Virus genome (UHGV): UHGV-0362719
Direction: 5' to 3' (one strand)
DNA from: a virus
DNA: 34,823 nt
Below are positions 1 through 8,469 of the stretch, piece after piece; within the stretch, counting starts at the first letter, position 1; every line of letters begins with the position of its first letter. The notes under the pieces were generated by a model, which did not search any database, was not told the origin of the DNA, and saw nothing but the letters and a program-made list of their open reading frames with translations. The position numbers and the translations under genes are program-made.

Positions 1-497
1 TCCTCACGCAACAGCATAATTGCTTCGCGCAAGGGTAGATTGTCAGTACTTTTGCCATTAAGAATCAGTAAGCTGGCGGGAAATTCTGCCATGATCGTAT
101 GTGCCTTTATGATTGGTCTGTAGATAGTGTAGAGCAGAAAACAAAAGGTGGAGTCAGAACAGGATGAAAGTCGGAGGATAAAAAGTCAGTTCAAGTATGG
201 AGGATTCAGTGGTTACCACCAGGAGCTTGCAATGGGGACAGCGAATACTAACGGCTGCCACCGATAAATTTCAAAAAAGAGCATATACCTAATATTCAAC
301 TAAACAGTGGCATCTTCAATATAATATATTAAAGCCCCCATGGAGTTACCCTGAAGGGCCTCAATGTCCGTAATTCCTACTTATGTAGGAAATGTTGTAC
401 AGAACATTTATTATAATCCTATTCAATTATAATAATCATGCCATTATTATATTTAAACACTAGAGAGTGTCGTTGGTATTTAATGGGGGAAGGTGAG

Positions 498-815
498 ATG
501 AAAAAGATAGCTGCTATATCATTAATTAGTACTTTTATTATGTCTGGTTGTGCTGTGCATAATGATGAGACAAGTATCGGTAAATTTGGTCTTGCATATA
601 AAAGTAATATTCAGCGTAAACTCGATAACCAATACTACACCGAAGCCGAAGCTTCTTTAGCCAGGGGTAGAATATCTGGTGCAGAAAATATAGTAAAAAA
701 TGATGCAACTCATTTCTGTGTTACTCAGGGCAAAAAAATGCAAATAGTTGAGCTGAAGACAGAAGGTGTAGGATTACATGGTGTCGCTCGTCTGACATTC
801 AAATGTGGAGAGTGA
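498..815 (+). CDS. Host-side putative lipoprotein (signal peptide plus lipobox MSGC)
   Basis: Track ORF 438-815; I prefer the internal start MKKIAAISLISTFIMSGC at about 498, preceded by a GGAGGTGAG-like RBS. Hydrophobic signal and L-S-G-C lipobox seen in the translation. Lies outside the prophage. Confidence 0.5.
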   Translation: MKKIAAISLISTFIMSGCAVHNDETSIGKFGLAYKSNIQRKLDNQYYTEAEASLARGRISGAENIVKNDATHFCVTQGKKMQIVELKTEGVGLHGVARLTFKCGE

Positions 816-974
816 GAATATTTTTTGGTAAGCGTCAAATATGCGCGTTCTGGCTGTGCGTAGCCGGAACCTGTGGGAGCACGATGCCGATAAGTGAAAG
901 GCATCGTGCTATGAAGGAGGATTCTATCGATGTGGTCAATGGAAGACGGTTACCAGAGATAGGGCTTATGCATA

Positions 975-1001
975 AAAAAATAAGCCCGTGTAAGGGAGAT
1001 T
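975..1001. repeat. attL: attL core: 27-bp direct repeat AAAAAATAAGCCCGTGTAAGGGAGATT
   Basis: Exact 27-bp copy of the sequence at 34670-34696; matches my recollection of the P2 att core; lies about 80 bp from the 3' end of the integrase gene. Confidence 0.85.
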
Positions 1002-1080
1002 TAGGGTGTCACCAGTAGGGGCTTTCAACGGTACAATGCGGGTTTGAGCGGCATAAATTACCACTGAAAGCCCTTAAACG

Positions 1081-2094
1081 TTACTCTACTGTGGACACTG
1101 TGTGGACACTCTCGGCCTCAGTACCACCTCTTAGCGGATTAAGAGAAATGGCGTCCTGAAGGTACTCTGGCGCAAAATGAGCGTAAACCATAGTTTGCTC
1201 AATCCGCGTGTGACCTAGTATCCGTTGTAGCGTGATAATACTTCCTCCATTAATCATGAAATGAGTGGCAAAGCTGTGCCTTAGTGCATGTGTGGCTTGC
1301 CCCATTGGCAAATCCGGTTTTATTGCTTTCATTGTTCGTCTGAAGCGAGGGTAATCAGCATCAGGGAATAAAAAACCTCGTTTGTTATCCGCGATCATTT
1401 TGGCAACAGCCTCTGAGATCGGGACGGTGCGTGGTTTGTTTGTTTTCGTTTTAACAAACGTGACGCGGTTATGGATGATATTTTCTGCTTTCAAACGAGC
1501 TGCTTCTCCCCAACGCGCTCCTGTACTCAGGCAAAGAATCGCAATCTTTTTGTTGTCGCCGTCAAGAGCAGCAAGCAGTAAGGCAATTTCTTCCTGCGTG
1601 AGATAGCCTGTGTCTGGTTTTTCCTCCTTAAGCCTTTTTGTCCCTCTGATAGGGTGCTCACCAAAGAATAACTCCGCTTCAATCAGGGCTGTAAACATGC
1701 CGCTAATACATGTTAAATCACGATTGATACTCGAAGGTTTAATACCCTGACTTCTTCGGGTGGCGCAGTACTGGCTGATAAGCGATTTCGTAATTTGAAA
1801 TGCGCATGGGTCATTCGTTATTTTTGTGAAGATTTCAATTTTTCCAAGATTAGATTTCCCATGCTCTTCGTGTTTACCCTTTAAATCCCACCAGATCTGT
1901 GTCAGCTCCGACAGACGTCGCTTGTCTGTTGGTTTTGATAGCCATTCTTTATTGTGGTGGTTGTACAACGTGTATTTCTCGAAAGCGACAGCTTCGCTTT
2001 TCTTATCAAACTTCCTACGGATGCGTTTTCCATTACGTCCAGTAGGGCGGATGTCCACTTCATATCGACCATCATCGAGTTTTTTGATTGCCAT
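1081..2094 (-). CDS. int: Tyrosine site-specific integrase, P2 Int-like
   Basis: 337 aa (same as P2 Int); C-terminal region contains HxLRHxxA...Y-type catalytic motifs (ATHALRHSFATHF...GHTRIEQTMVYAH); adjacent to attL. Confidence 0.95.
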   Translation of the reverse strand: MAIKKLDDGRYEVDIRPTGRNGKRIRRKFDKKSEAVAFEKYTLYNHHNKEWLSKPTDKRRLSELTQIWWDLKGKHEEHGKSNLGKIEIFTKITNDPCAFQITKSLISQYCATRRSQGIKPSSINRDLTCISGMFTALIEAELFFGEHPIRGTKRLKEEKPDTGYLTQEEIALLLAALDGDNKKIAILCLSTGARWGEAARLKAENIIHNRVTFVKTKTNKPRTVPISEAVAKMIADNKRGFLFPDADYPRFRRTMKAIKPDLPMGQATHALRHSFATHFMINGGSIITLQRILGHTRIEQTMVYAHFAPEYLQDAISLNPLRGGTEAESVHTVSTVE

Positions 2095-2209
2095 CAGAAA
2101 ACCCTCCGAGTGGTGTGTTTTTTTGCGACTACTAATCGCTTTTTTCGTGGTGGCTGAAATTTAGCCACCAATAGTAGGCACTTGTGATGAATATATTCAC
2201 GATGAATTG

Positions 2210-2509
2210 TTAACCAGTCTTTTGACCGGAGTGGGGCGACGTTGTTTCGTTTTGCCCAAAGTGTGCGAGAGCGGGCGCAATTTGCCCGGACTCAGGAGCG
2301 ATCTGATTGGTCATGAACCATAAAGTGTATTTGGTGAATTGTGGGGTCTGCAGGATGTTCATCATGACATCTGTTGGAGGTGTTGAACGACCACTTTCAT
2401 AGTAACTCAGCGTGCCATACGGAACCCCTGTTAAATCAGCAAGTTGTTGTCTGCTCAAATACTCTGATTTTCGCATTAAGACTATCTTCTCGCTTATCGT
2501 GTTTGACAT
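2210..2509 (-). CDS. C: Immunity repressor C (HTH)
   Basis: 99 aa (same as P2 C); helix-turn-helix segment LSRQQLADLTGVPYGTLSYYE; divergent from cox across a repeat-containing intergenic region. Confidence 0.85.
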   Translation of the reverse strand: MSNTISEKIVLMRKSEYLSRQQLADLTGVPYGTLSYYESGRSTPPTDVMMNILQTPQFTKYTLWFMTNQIAPESGQIAPALAHFGQNETTSPHSGQKTG

Positions 2510-2623
2510 GGTGTTTAGATCTCAATAGTATTTAGTTTAGATGTAGATTGTTTAGTGCTTGGATGTGGGCACTAAAAGGCATTATAAGACATTAAACGCA
2601 ATTCATGAGGGCTAGAGGACGAC
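2500..2623. promoter_or_regulatory. C/cox lysis-lysogeny switch region with direct-repeat operator-like motifs and a candidate rightward early promoter
   Basis: Seen: repeated TTTAGAT/TTTAGT half-sites at about 2514-2557; TTGACA at about 2503-2508 and TAGTAT 17 bp downstream. P2 C repressor is known to bind direct repeats flanking the early promoter. Exact promoter assignment is inference. Confidence 0.45.
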
Positions 2624-2899
2624 ATGAGCAAGCAAGTAACACTCATGACTGATGCGATTCCTTATCAGGAGTTCGCAAAACTAATAGGAAAATCGACAGG
2701 AGCGGTTCGTCGGATGATCGATAAAGGAAAGCTGCCTGTAATTGATATGACCGATCCACAATCAGCTTCAGGTCGTGCAGGTGAATATTGGGTATACCTT
2801 CCGGCATGGAATAACGGACTAAAACTGGCTTATGAAAGCCGACCTAAAGAGATTCGTGACGGCTGGTTGATGTGGTTAGGTCTCGGTGAACCACGTTAA
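2624..2899 (+). CDS. cox: Cox excisionase / early-promoter repressor
   Basis: 91 aa (same as P2 Cox); first gene of the rightward early operon, divergent from C. Confidence 0.8.
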   Translation: MSKQVTLMTDAIPYQEFAKLIGKSTGAVRRMIDKGKLPVIDMTDPQSASGRAGEYWVYLPAWNNGLKLAYESRPKEIRDGWLMWLGLGEPR

Positions 2900-3080
2900 G
2901 GAGAACCGTATGAATGAGCCTCGTTGTATTGCTCAGTTACTGCGTAACGAAAGCCCCAGGGCGATTGACTTCACCATCACCCACGGTAAGGGGCGTAAGG
3001 GAATCATTATCCGCACCAAAAAACAGAGTCCGTTAAAAAAGGCTCTGACCTTTCTGAAAAGCCGGAGGGTATGGAAATGA
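2886..3080 (+). CDS. Small early protein, P2 orf78-like, hypothetical
   Basis: Track ORF in the cox-B gap, overlaps cox by a few codons as in compact phage operons; no recognisable motif. Confidence 0.4.
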   Translation: MNHVKENRMNEPRCIAQLLRNESPRAIDFTITHGKGRKGIIIRTKKQSPLKKALTFLKSRRVWK

Positions 3081-3577
3081 CAGTGATGACGCTCAATCTC
3101 GTTGAAAAACAGCCAGCAGCTATGCGCCGGATAATTGGTAAGCATCTTGCCGTTCCTCGCTGGCAGGATACATGTGATTATTATAATCAGATGATGGAGC
3201 GCGAACGGCTAACAGTTTGCTTTCATGCGCAGTTAAAACAGCGTCACGCAACGATGCGTTTTGAAGAAATGAACGACGTCGAACGTGAACGACTGGTATG
3301 TGCAATTGATGAATTGCGTGGGGCATTCTCAAAACGTCGTCAGGTCGGTGCAAGTGAGTATGCATATATTAGTTTTTTAACAGTCAGTCAGCGTCGTACT
3401 TTATTTATGCATGCCGGATTGACTGAAAAAGAATTTAACCAGCCATACTGGCGAATTAATGAAGAGTCATGTTACTGGCGTGATGCTTTATTCCGTGCAT
3501 TACGTGAATTATTCAGCCTGTTTGAGTATGCACCGACAATTCTGACGTCGGTAAAACCAGAGCAATATCTGCATTAA
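3071..3577 (+). CDS. B: Replication protein B (helicase-loader-like)
   Basis: 168 aa at the P2 B position (P2 B about 166 aa); assignment by synteny and size. Confidence 0.7.
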   Translation: MEMTVMTLNLVEKQPAAMRRIIGKHLAVPRWQDTCDYYNQMMERERLTVCFHAQLKQRHATMRFEEMNDVERERLVCAIDELRGAFSKRRQVGASEYAYISFLTVSQRRTLFMHAGLTEKEFNQPYWRINEESCYWRDALFRALRELFSLFEYAPTILTSVKPEQYLH

Positions 3578-3640
3578 GTAATTAACCAGAGTTTTTAACG
3601 CACTTAATCGTGCGGGGCTTCTTTTTGCCTGGAGAAAGTT

Positions 3641-3865
3641 ATGCATACAGTTTCTGAAAATCAGTGCGGTAAATACGCATTACTGCTGCAACAGGCCAGA
3701 ACCGAAGCACAGGCCGACGCTGCGACGCGCTTTTCTTCTCATCTTGATGCCATGATTCGCCACATCACAAAGGCGGAGTTATCCCGCGTGGAGATAGTCG
3801 AGCTGCTCAGTCAGGAGTCGGAAAAATTTCACAATATCGGATTGTCTCGCGGGGAGGTGCTTTGA
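3641..3865 (+). CDS. Early hypothetical protein, P2 orf80-like
   Basis: Track ORF, position between B and A in the early operon. Confidence 0.5.
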   Translation: MHTVSENQCGKYALLLQQARTEAQADAATRFSSHLDAMIRHITKAELSRVEIVELLSQESEKFHNIGLSRGEVL

Positions 3866-4167
3866 TGTCCTGTTCTCGTTCAGTTGTATTACTGAATAAC
3901 GCCTTAAAAATCGCCGTTATGAAAAATGGCGATTTGTCTCTTATTCAACTTGGTCTTGATAAAGAAAAACGCGAAATAACTGAGTCTGTTATCGCGATTT
4001 ATCAGAACGAATTAAACCTCCTGTCTGATGTGGTCAATTTGCTTGTTAAACGCGCTGTGTTTCACAAGCAAATCTCCTCCGTGGATGAACTGACGAAATT
4101 AACGACAGAAATCGCCAGCTATTGCGCTGATGAATTTAAAAACCTTAACGACAAAAGGAACTGGTAA
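3862..4167 (+). CDS. Early hypothetical protein, P2 orf81-like
   Basis: Track ORF; start overlaps the previous stop (ATGA), typical translational coupling. Confidence 0.5.
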   Translation: MMSCSRSVVLLNNALKIAVMKNGDLSLIQLGLDKEKREITESVIAIYQNELNLLSDVVNLLVKRAVFHKQISSVDELTKLTTEIASYCADEFKNLNDKRNW

Positions 4168-4391
4168 TGCCGGACAACGTAGATTTTATTCAGGCACAAC
4201 AGGCTGAATTACTGGAGCGCCAGATTAACGCGGCAAGGGTAAAACATTGCGGTGCTTCTGCGATGGTTTGCGAAGAGTGTGACGCGCCAATACCTGCTGC
4301 CCGTCGTGCGGCTTATCCGTCAGCCACGCGTTGTGTTTCCTGTCAGTCAGTTTTTGAAGCAAAAAACAAACATTACCGGAGAACGGCATGA
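4167..4391 (+). CDS. TraR/DksA-type C4 zinc-finger protein, P2 orf82-like
   Basis: Seen: CEECDAPIP...CVSCQ, two CxxC pairs about 20 aa apart, the pattern of DksA/TraR-family zinc fingers. Confidence 0.55.
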   Translation: MPDNVDFIQAQQAELLERQINAARVKHCGASAMVCEECDAPIPAARRAAYPSATRCVSCQSVFEAKNKHYRRTA

Positions 4392-4663
4392 GTATTCGTA
4401 TTGAAATTGGCGAACGTTATGTCGTTACCAGTGACAGCTTTCAGTTTATTCTCCACGAGAAAAAGAGAGCTGAAAGCGGTAAAAACGCCGGTCAGGAATG
4501 GCTGGCGGTGGTTGGTTATTACCCGAAATTAAGCCAGCTCGTTTCCGGCCTGATGCATCACGATATTCTGACCGGAAGCGCAAAGTCTTTTGCTGATTTA
4601 AACGCGCAGGTTGAGCAACTCAGCAAGCGTTGTTCAGAGGCTTTTGGCTCATATGGCCGTTAA
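4388..4663 (+). CDS. Early hypothetical protein, P2 orf83-like
   Basis: Track ORF immediately upstream of and overlapping the A start. Confidence 0.5.
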   Translation: MSIRIEIGERYVVTSDSFQFILHEKKRAESGKNAGQEWLAVVGYYPKLSQLVSGLMHHDILTGSAKSFADLNAQVEQLSKRCSEAFGSYGR

Positions 4664-6923
4664 AGCCTCCGGGCGTTTTGTCCCTCCGTCAGCATTTGCC
4701 GCAGGCACCGGTGAGACGTTTACCGGTGCTTATGCATGGAACGCGCCACGCGAGGCCGTCGGGCGCGAAAGACCCCTTACACGTGACGAGATGCGTCAGG
4801 TGCAAGGTGTTTTATCCACGATTAATCGCCTGCCTTACTTTTTGCGCTCGCTGTTTACTTCACGCTATGACTACATCCGGCGCAATAAAAGCCCGGTGCA
4901 CGGGTTTTATTTCCTCACATCCACTTTTCAGCGTCGTTTATGGCCGCGCATTGAGCGTGTGAATCAGCGCCATGAAATGAACACCGACGCGTCGATGCTG
5001 TTTCTGGCTGAGCGTGACCACTATGCGCGCCTGCCGGGAATGAATGACAAGGAGCTGAAAAAGTTTGCCGCCCGTATCTCATCGCAGCTTTTCATGATGT
5101 ATGAGGAACTCAGCGATGCCTGGGTGGATGCGCATGGCGAAAAAGAATCGCTGTTTACGGATGAGGCGCAGGCTCACCTCTATGGTCATGTTGCTGGCGC
5201 TGCACGTGCTTTCAATATTTCCCCTCTCTACTGGAAAAAATACCGTAAAGGACAGATGACCACGAGGCAGGCATATTCTGCCATTGCCCGTCTGTTTAAC
5301 GATGAGTGGTGGATTAGTCAGCTTAAAGGCCAGCGTATGCGCTGGCATGAGGCGTTACTGATTGCTGTCGGGGAGGTCAATAAAGACCGTTCTCCTTATG
5401 CCAGTAAACATGCCATTCGTGATGTGCGTGCACGCCGCCAGGCAAATCTGGAATTTCTTAAATCGTGTGATCTCGAAAACAGGGAAACAGGCGAGCGCAT
5501 CGACCTTATCAGTAAGGTGATGGGCAGTATTTCTAATCCTGAAATTCGCCGGATGGAGCTGATGAACACCATTGCCGGTATTGAGCGTTACGCCGCCGCA
5601 GAAGGTGATGTGGGGATGTTTATCACGCTGACCGCGCCGTCAAAGTATCACCCGACACGTCAGGTTGGAAAAGGCGAAAGTAAAACCGTCCAGCTAAATC
5701 ACGGCTGGAACGATGAGGCATTTAATCCAAAGGATGCGCAGCGTTATCTCTGCCGTATCTGGAGCCTGATGCGCACGGCATTCAAGGATAATGATTTACA
5801 GGTCTACGGTTTGCGAGTCGTCGAGCCACACCACGACGGAACGCCGCACTGGCATATGATGCTTTTTTGTAATCCACGCCAGCGTAACCAGATTATCGAA
5901 ATCATGCGTCGCTACGCGCTCAAAGAGGATGGCGACGAAAGAGGAGCTGCGCGAAACCGTTTTCAGGCAAAACATCTTAATCGGGGCGGTGCTGCGGGGT
6001 ATATCGCGAAATACATCTCAAAAAATATCGACGGCTATGCACTGGATGGGCAGCTCGATAACGATACCGGCAGACCGCTGAAAGATACTGCCGCGGCTGT
6101 TACCGCATGGGCGTCAACGTGGCGCATTCCGCAATTTAAAACGGTTGGCCTGCCGACAATGGGGGCTTACCGTGAACTACGCAAATTGCCTCGCGGCGTC
6201 AGCATTGCTGATGAGTTTGACGAGCGCGTCGAGGCTGCACGCGCCGCCGCAGACAGTGGTGATTTTGCGCTGTATATCAGCGCGCAGGGTGGGGCAAATG
6301 TCCCGCGCGATTGTCAGACTGTCAGGGTCGCCCGTAGTCCGTCGGATGAAGTTAACGAGTACGAGGAAGAAGTCGAGAGAGTGGTCGGCATTTACGCGCC
6401 GCATCTCGGCGCGCGTCATATTCATATCACCAGAACGACGGACTGGCGCATTGTTCCGAAAGTGCCGGTCGTTGAGCCTTTGACTTTAAAAAGCGGCATC
6501 GCCGCGCCTCGGAGTCCTGTCAATAACTGTGGAAAGCTCACCGGTGGTGATACTTCGTTACCGGCTCCCACACCTTCTGAACACGCCGCAGCAGTGCTTA
6601 ATCTGGTTGATGACGGTGTTATCGAATGGAATGACACGGAGGTCGTGAGGGCGCTCAGGGGGGCATTAAAACACGACCTGAGAACACCAAATCGTCAGCA
6701 AAGAAACGGAAGCCCGTTAAAACCACATGAAATTGCACCATCGGCCCGACTGACCCGGTCGGAACGAATGCAAATCACCCGTATCCGCGTTGACCTTGCC
6801 CAGAACGGTATCAGGCCGCAGCGATGGGAGCTTGAGGTGCTGGCGCGTGGCGCGACCGTAAATTATGACGGGAAAAAATTCACGTATCCGGTCACTGATG
6901 AGTGGCCGGGGTTTGTGGATTAA
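4650..6923 (+). CDS. A: Rolling-circle replication initiator / nickase A
   Basis: Track ORF 4611-6923 (770 aa); I prefer the start MAVKASGRF at about 4650, giving about 757 aa (P2 A about 761 aa). Largest early gene, directly after the orf80-83 block. Start codon uncertain. Confidence 0.85.
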   Translation, partial: HMAVKASGRFVPPSAFAAGTGETFTGAYAWNAPREAVGRERPLTRDEMRQVQGVLSTINRLPYFLRSLFTSRYDYIRRNKSPVHGFYFLTSTFQRRLWPRIERVNQRHEMNTDASMLFLAERDHYARLPGMNDKELKKFAARISSQLFMMYEELSDAWVDAHGEKESLFTDEAQAHLYGHVAGAARAFNISPLYWKKYRKGQMTTRQAYSAIARLFNDEWWISQLKGQRMRWHEALLIAVGEVNKDRSPYASKHAIRDVRARRQANLEFLKSCDLENRETGERIDLISKVMGSISNPEIRRMELMNTIAGIERYAAAEGDVGMFITLTAPSKYHPTRQVGKGESKTVQLNHGWNDEAFNPKDAQRYLCRIWSLMRTAFKDNDLQVYGLRVVEPHHDGTPHWHMMLFCNPRQRNQIIEIMRRYALKEDGDERGAARNRFQAKHLNRGGAAGYIAKYISKNIDGYALDGQLDNDTGRPLKDTAAAVTAWASTWRIPQFKTVGLPTMGAYRELRKLPRGVSIADEFDERVEAARAAADSGDFALYISAQGGANVPRDCQTVRVARSPSDEVNEYEEEVERVVGIYAPHLGARHIHITRTTDWRIVPKVPVVEPLTLKSGIAAPRSPVNNCGKLTGGDTSLPAPTPSEHAAAVLNLVDDGVIEWNDTEVVRALRGALKHDLRTPNRQQRNGSPLKPHEIAPSARLTRSERMQITRIRVDLAQNGIRPQRWELEVLARGATVNYDGKKFTYPVTDEWPGFVD

Positions 6924-6968
6924 ACTTATTGATAAATAATGTGTCAAGATAACGCCAGGTAATTATAT

Positions 6969-7406
6969 ATGGTAAGAGTTTGCATTGATAAGAAAGGGAA
7001 TGTTATCACCGATATCTCTTTGGGAGTCGGGGATTTTGAAGATTGTTGTAGCGTAGCAGAGGAGAAGTATAATCAGGCACTTTGCAGTAATTTTGTGAGT
7101 GTGGTGGCAGTGGTGAATGACGATAATGAGAAAATAGGTTTTTGTTCATTCATCATTGAATCTACAGAGGACGCTGTAATATATCAAATCGATTATGTTT
7201 GGGTTAAGCAAAGTGAGCGGGGACAAGGGTTATCAAAATTAATGATTCCTTATGTGGCTCAAGAGCTTATTTCTATTTATAAAGACTTGCTTGGAAAGTA
7301 TTCATTTGGTGATATATGTCTTTGTGATAATTCTGTTTATATATCGGATGGAGGGGCTGTTTTTGGTCGAGGGGTAAAGGGATTCACCTTTAATGTAATT
7401 AAGTAA
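6969..7406 (+). CDS. Cargo ORF, GNAT-like acetyltransferase candidate
   Basis: 145 aa, low GC. Segment VWVKQSERGQGLSKLMI resembles the GNAT motif-A acetyl-CoA loop (R-G-x-G-h-g). Weak, by-eye call. Confidence 0.4.
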   Translation: MVRVCIDKKGNVITDISLGVGDFEDCCSVAEEKYNQALCSNFVSVVAVVNDDNEKIGFCSFIIESTEDAVIYQIDYVWVKQSERGQGLSKLMIPYVAQELISIYKDLLGKYSFGDICLCDNSVYISDGGAVFGRGVKGFTFNVIK

Positions 7407-7462
7407 TTCCGGGTGAAATGAAAAAGATATCTCAATGTTTGAGATGGAACAAATTTAAGAAA

Positions 7463-7500
7463 CTCCGCCGGTGCTGAAACTTGCTTTCAGTGCTGGCGGA
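7463..7500. terminator. Bidirectional hairpin between convergent cargo ORFs
   Basis: Seen: about 15-bp imperfect stem (CCGCCGGTGCTGAAA / TTTCAGTGCTGGCGG, three G-U wobbles) with loop CTTGC, lying between the stops of 6969-7406 (+) and 7515-7946 (-). Confidence 0.5.
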
Positions 7501-7514
7501 GGTGAAGTAAGGCG

Positions 7515-7946
7515 TTAGCTAGTTATCAGATTGACACCGAGGGTAAGCAGGTTTGTTACTGCACCGGCAATAACACCAGGTGTCCCGTCCTTCACTGCGC
7601 TGATAATCTTATCTCCCATCGTTTCATTACCGCCAAGTGCTTCGGGTTTTTTGTTGAGCACCGCGAGTGCTTTCTCGGTCAGTCGCACATCATGAAAACC
7701 GGTCTGATGGTCTGTTCCGTACAGAATATAGCCGTTTTCGCTTAAGAAAGTGAATGTGCCATCAACCACACTACGCAACTGATTCAGTGCTTTCATTTCT
7801 GGTGAGTTAAGTTGGTCAAAGTAGTCATCAGGTAACGCGGCGTTAAATTTTTTGTAGGTGATGACTTGTGGTACAGGAAAGTTATCCCATAGCACCGCAA
7901 AGATTTCTGCCGTCTGTTGGTTGAATAATTCGAGATTTTTGGACAT
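7515..7946 (-). CDS. Cargo hypothetical protein (143 aa), unknown function
   Basis: Track ORF with AAGGGA RBS about 8 nt upstream of ATG; hydrophobic Gly/Ala-rich C-terminal tail (GTPGVIAGAVTNLLTLGVNLI). No recognisable family. Confidence 0.55.
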   Translation of the reverse strand: MSKNLELFNQQTAEIFAVLWDNFPVPQVITYKKFNAALPDDYFDQLNSPEMKALNQLRSVVDGTFTFLSENGYILYGTDHQTGFHDVRLTEKALAVLNKKPEALGGNETMGDKIISAVKDGTPGVIAGAVTNLLTLGVNLITS

Positions 7947-8450
7947 GCATAGTTCCCTTTCATCAATTAAAGACCCTTATGCCGACTGGGCAAAGAGGCT
8001 AACTGTAATGGCCTCAAATAACGACCTGAGCTCACGCGAGGTGGACAGTTACACTGAAAAAATGGTTGAACAAGCCAGTAAAGATGAGCTTATGGTCGTT
8101 ATAAAATACCTGTTAAATCACATCAGAATGAGTAAATAAAATGATCTATATCAAGATGTTATCTCACATTTATGAAAGTCCGTGGACAACGATTTTTCTG
8201 CTAATTGTTGTCAGTACGTGCCTCAACAGTGTGATTGGTGCATTGCGCGGCCAGTGACAACTATAAAAATTGATCAGAACCGGCACCATGAATGCCGGTT
8301 TTTTTGTGCTTTTTCTGTGATATCCCCGTTTTTATCTGTGCATGGTTTTGCATGTGCCGGAGTTACATGTTCTGGCTGTGCGTCCGCCAGGACTGGCGTG
8401 GCTCAAAAGCGGTATTGCAACTGCATTAAAACCGCCCCATGAAGCGGGCG

Positions 8451-8469
8451 GGCGAGGCGGGGAAAGCAC
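8451..8469. promoter_or_regulatory. cos: Putative cos site (19-nt cohesive end GGCGAGGCGGGGAAAGCAC)
   Basis: Seen: exact 19-mer GGCGAGGCGGGGAAAGCAC at 8451-8469 with flanking dyad symmetry (CCGCCC...GGGCGG). Matches my recollection of the P2/P4 cohesive-end sequence, which I cannot verify here. Confidence 0.5.

Noticed and set aside
803-1018. 71-aa ORF spanning the attL core
   Set aside because: It crosses the host/prophage junction and has no RBS or recognisable domain; the region is better explained as the att site plus a possible phage-arm remnant.
1382-2164. Plus-strand ORFs inside or overlapping the integrase gene (1382-1606, 1826-2164, 1954-2157)
   Set aside because: Antisense to a strongly supported integrase; no RBS; likely spurious.
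4630-4962. Alternative-frame ORF at the 5' end of replication gene A
   Set aside because: Out-of-frame overlap with the A coding sequence and no independent support.
7858-8442. Track ORFs 7858-8139 and 8182-8442 in the cos-proximal region
   Set aside because: 7858-8139 overlaps the start of the convergent 143-aa gene and lacks an RBS at its first ATG (only a shorter internal version is retained as a low-confidence finding). 8182-8442 is Cys-rich, low-complexity and runs through the cos-flanking dyad symmetry.
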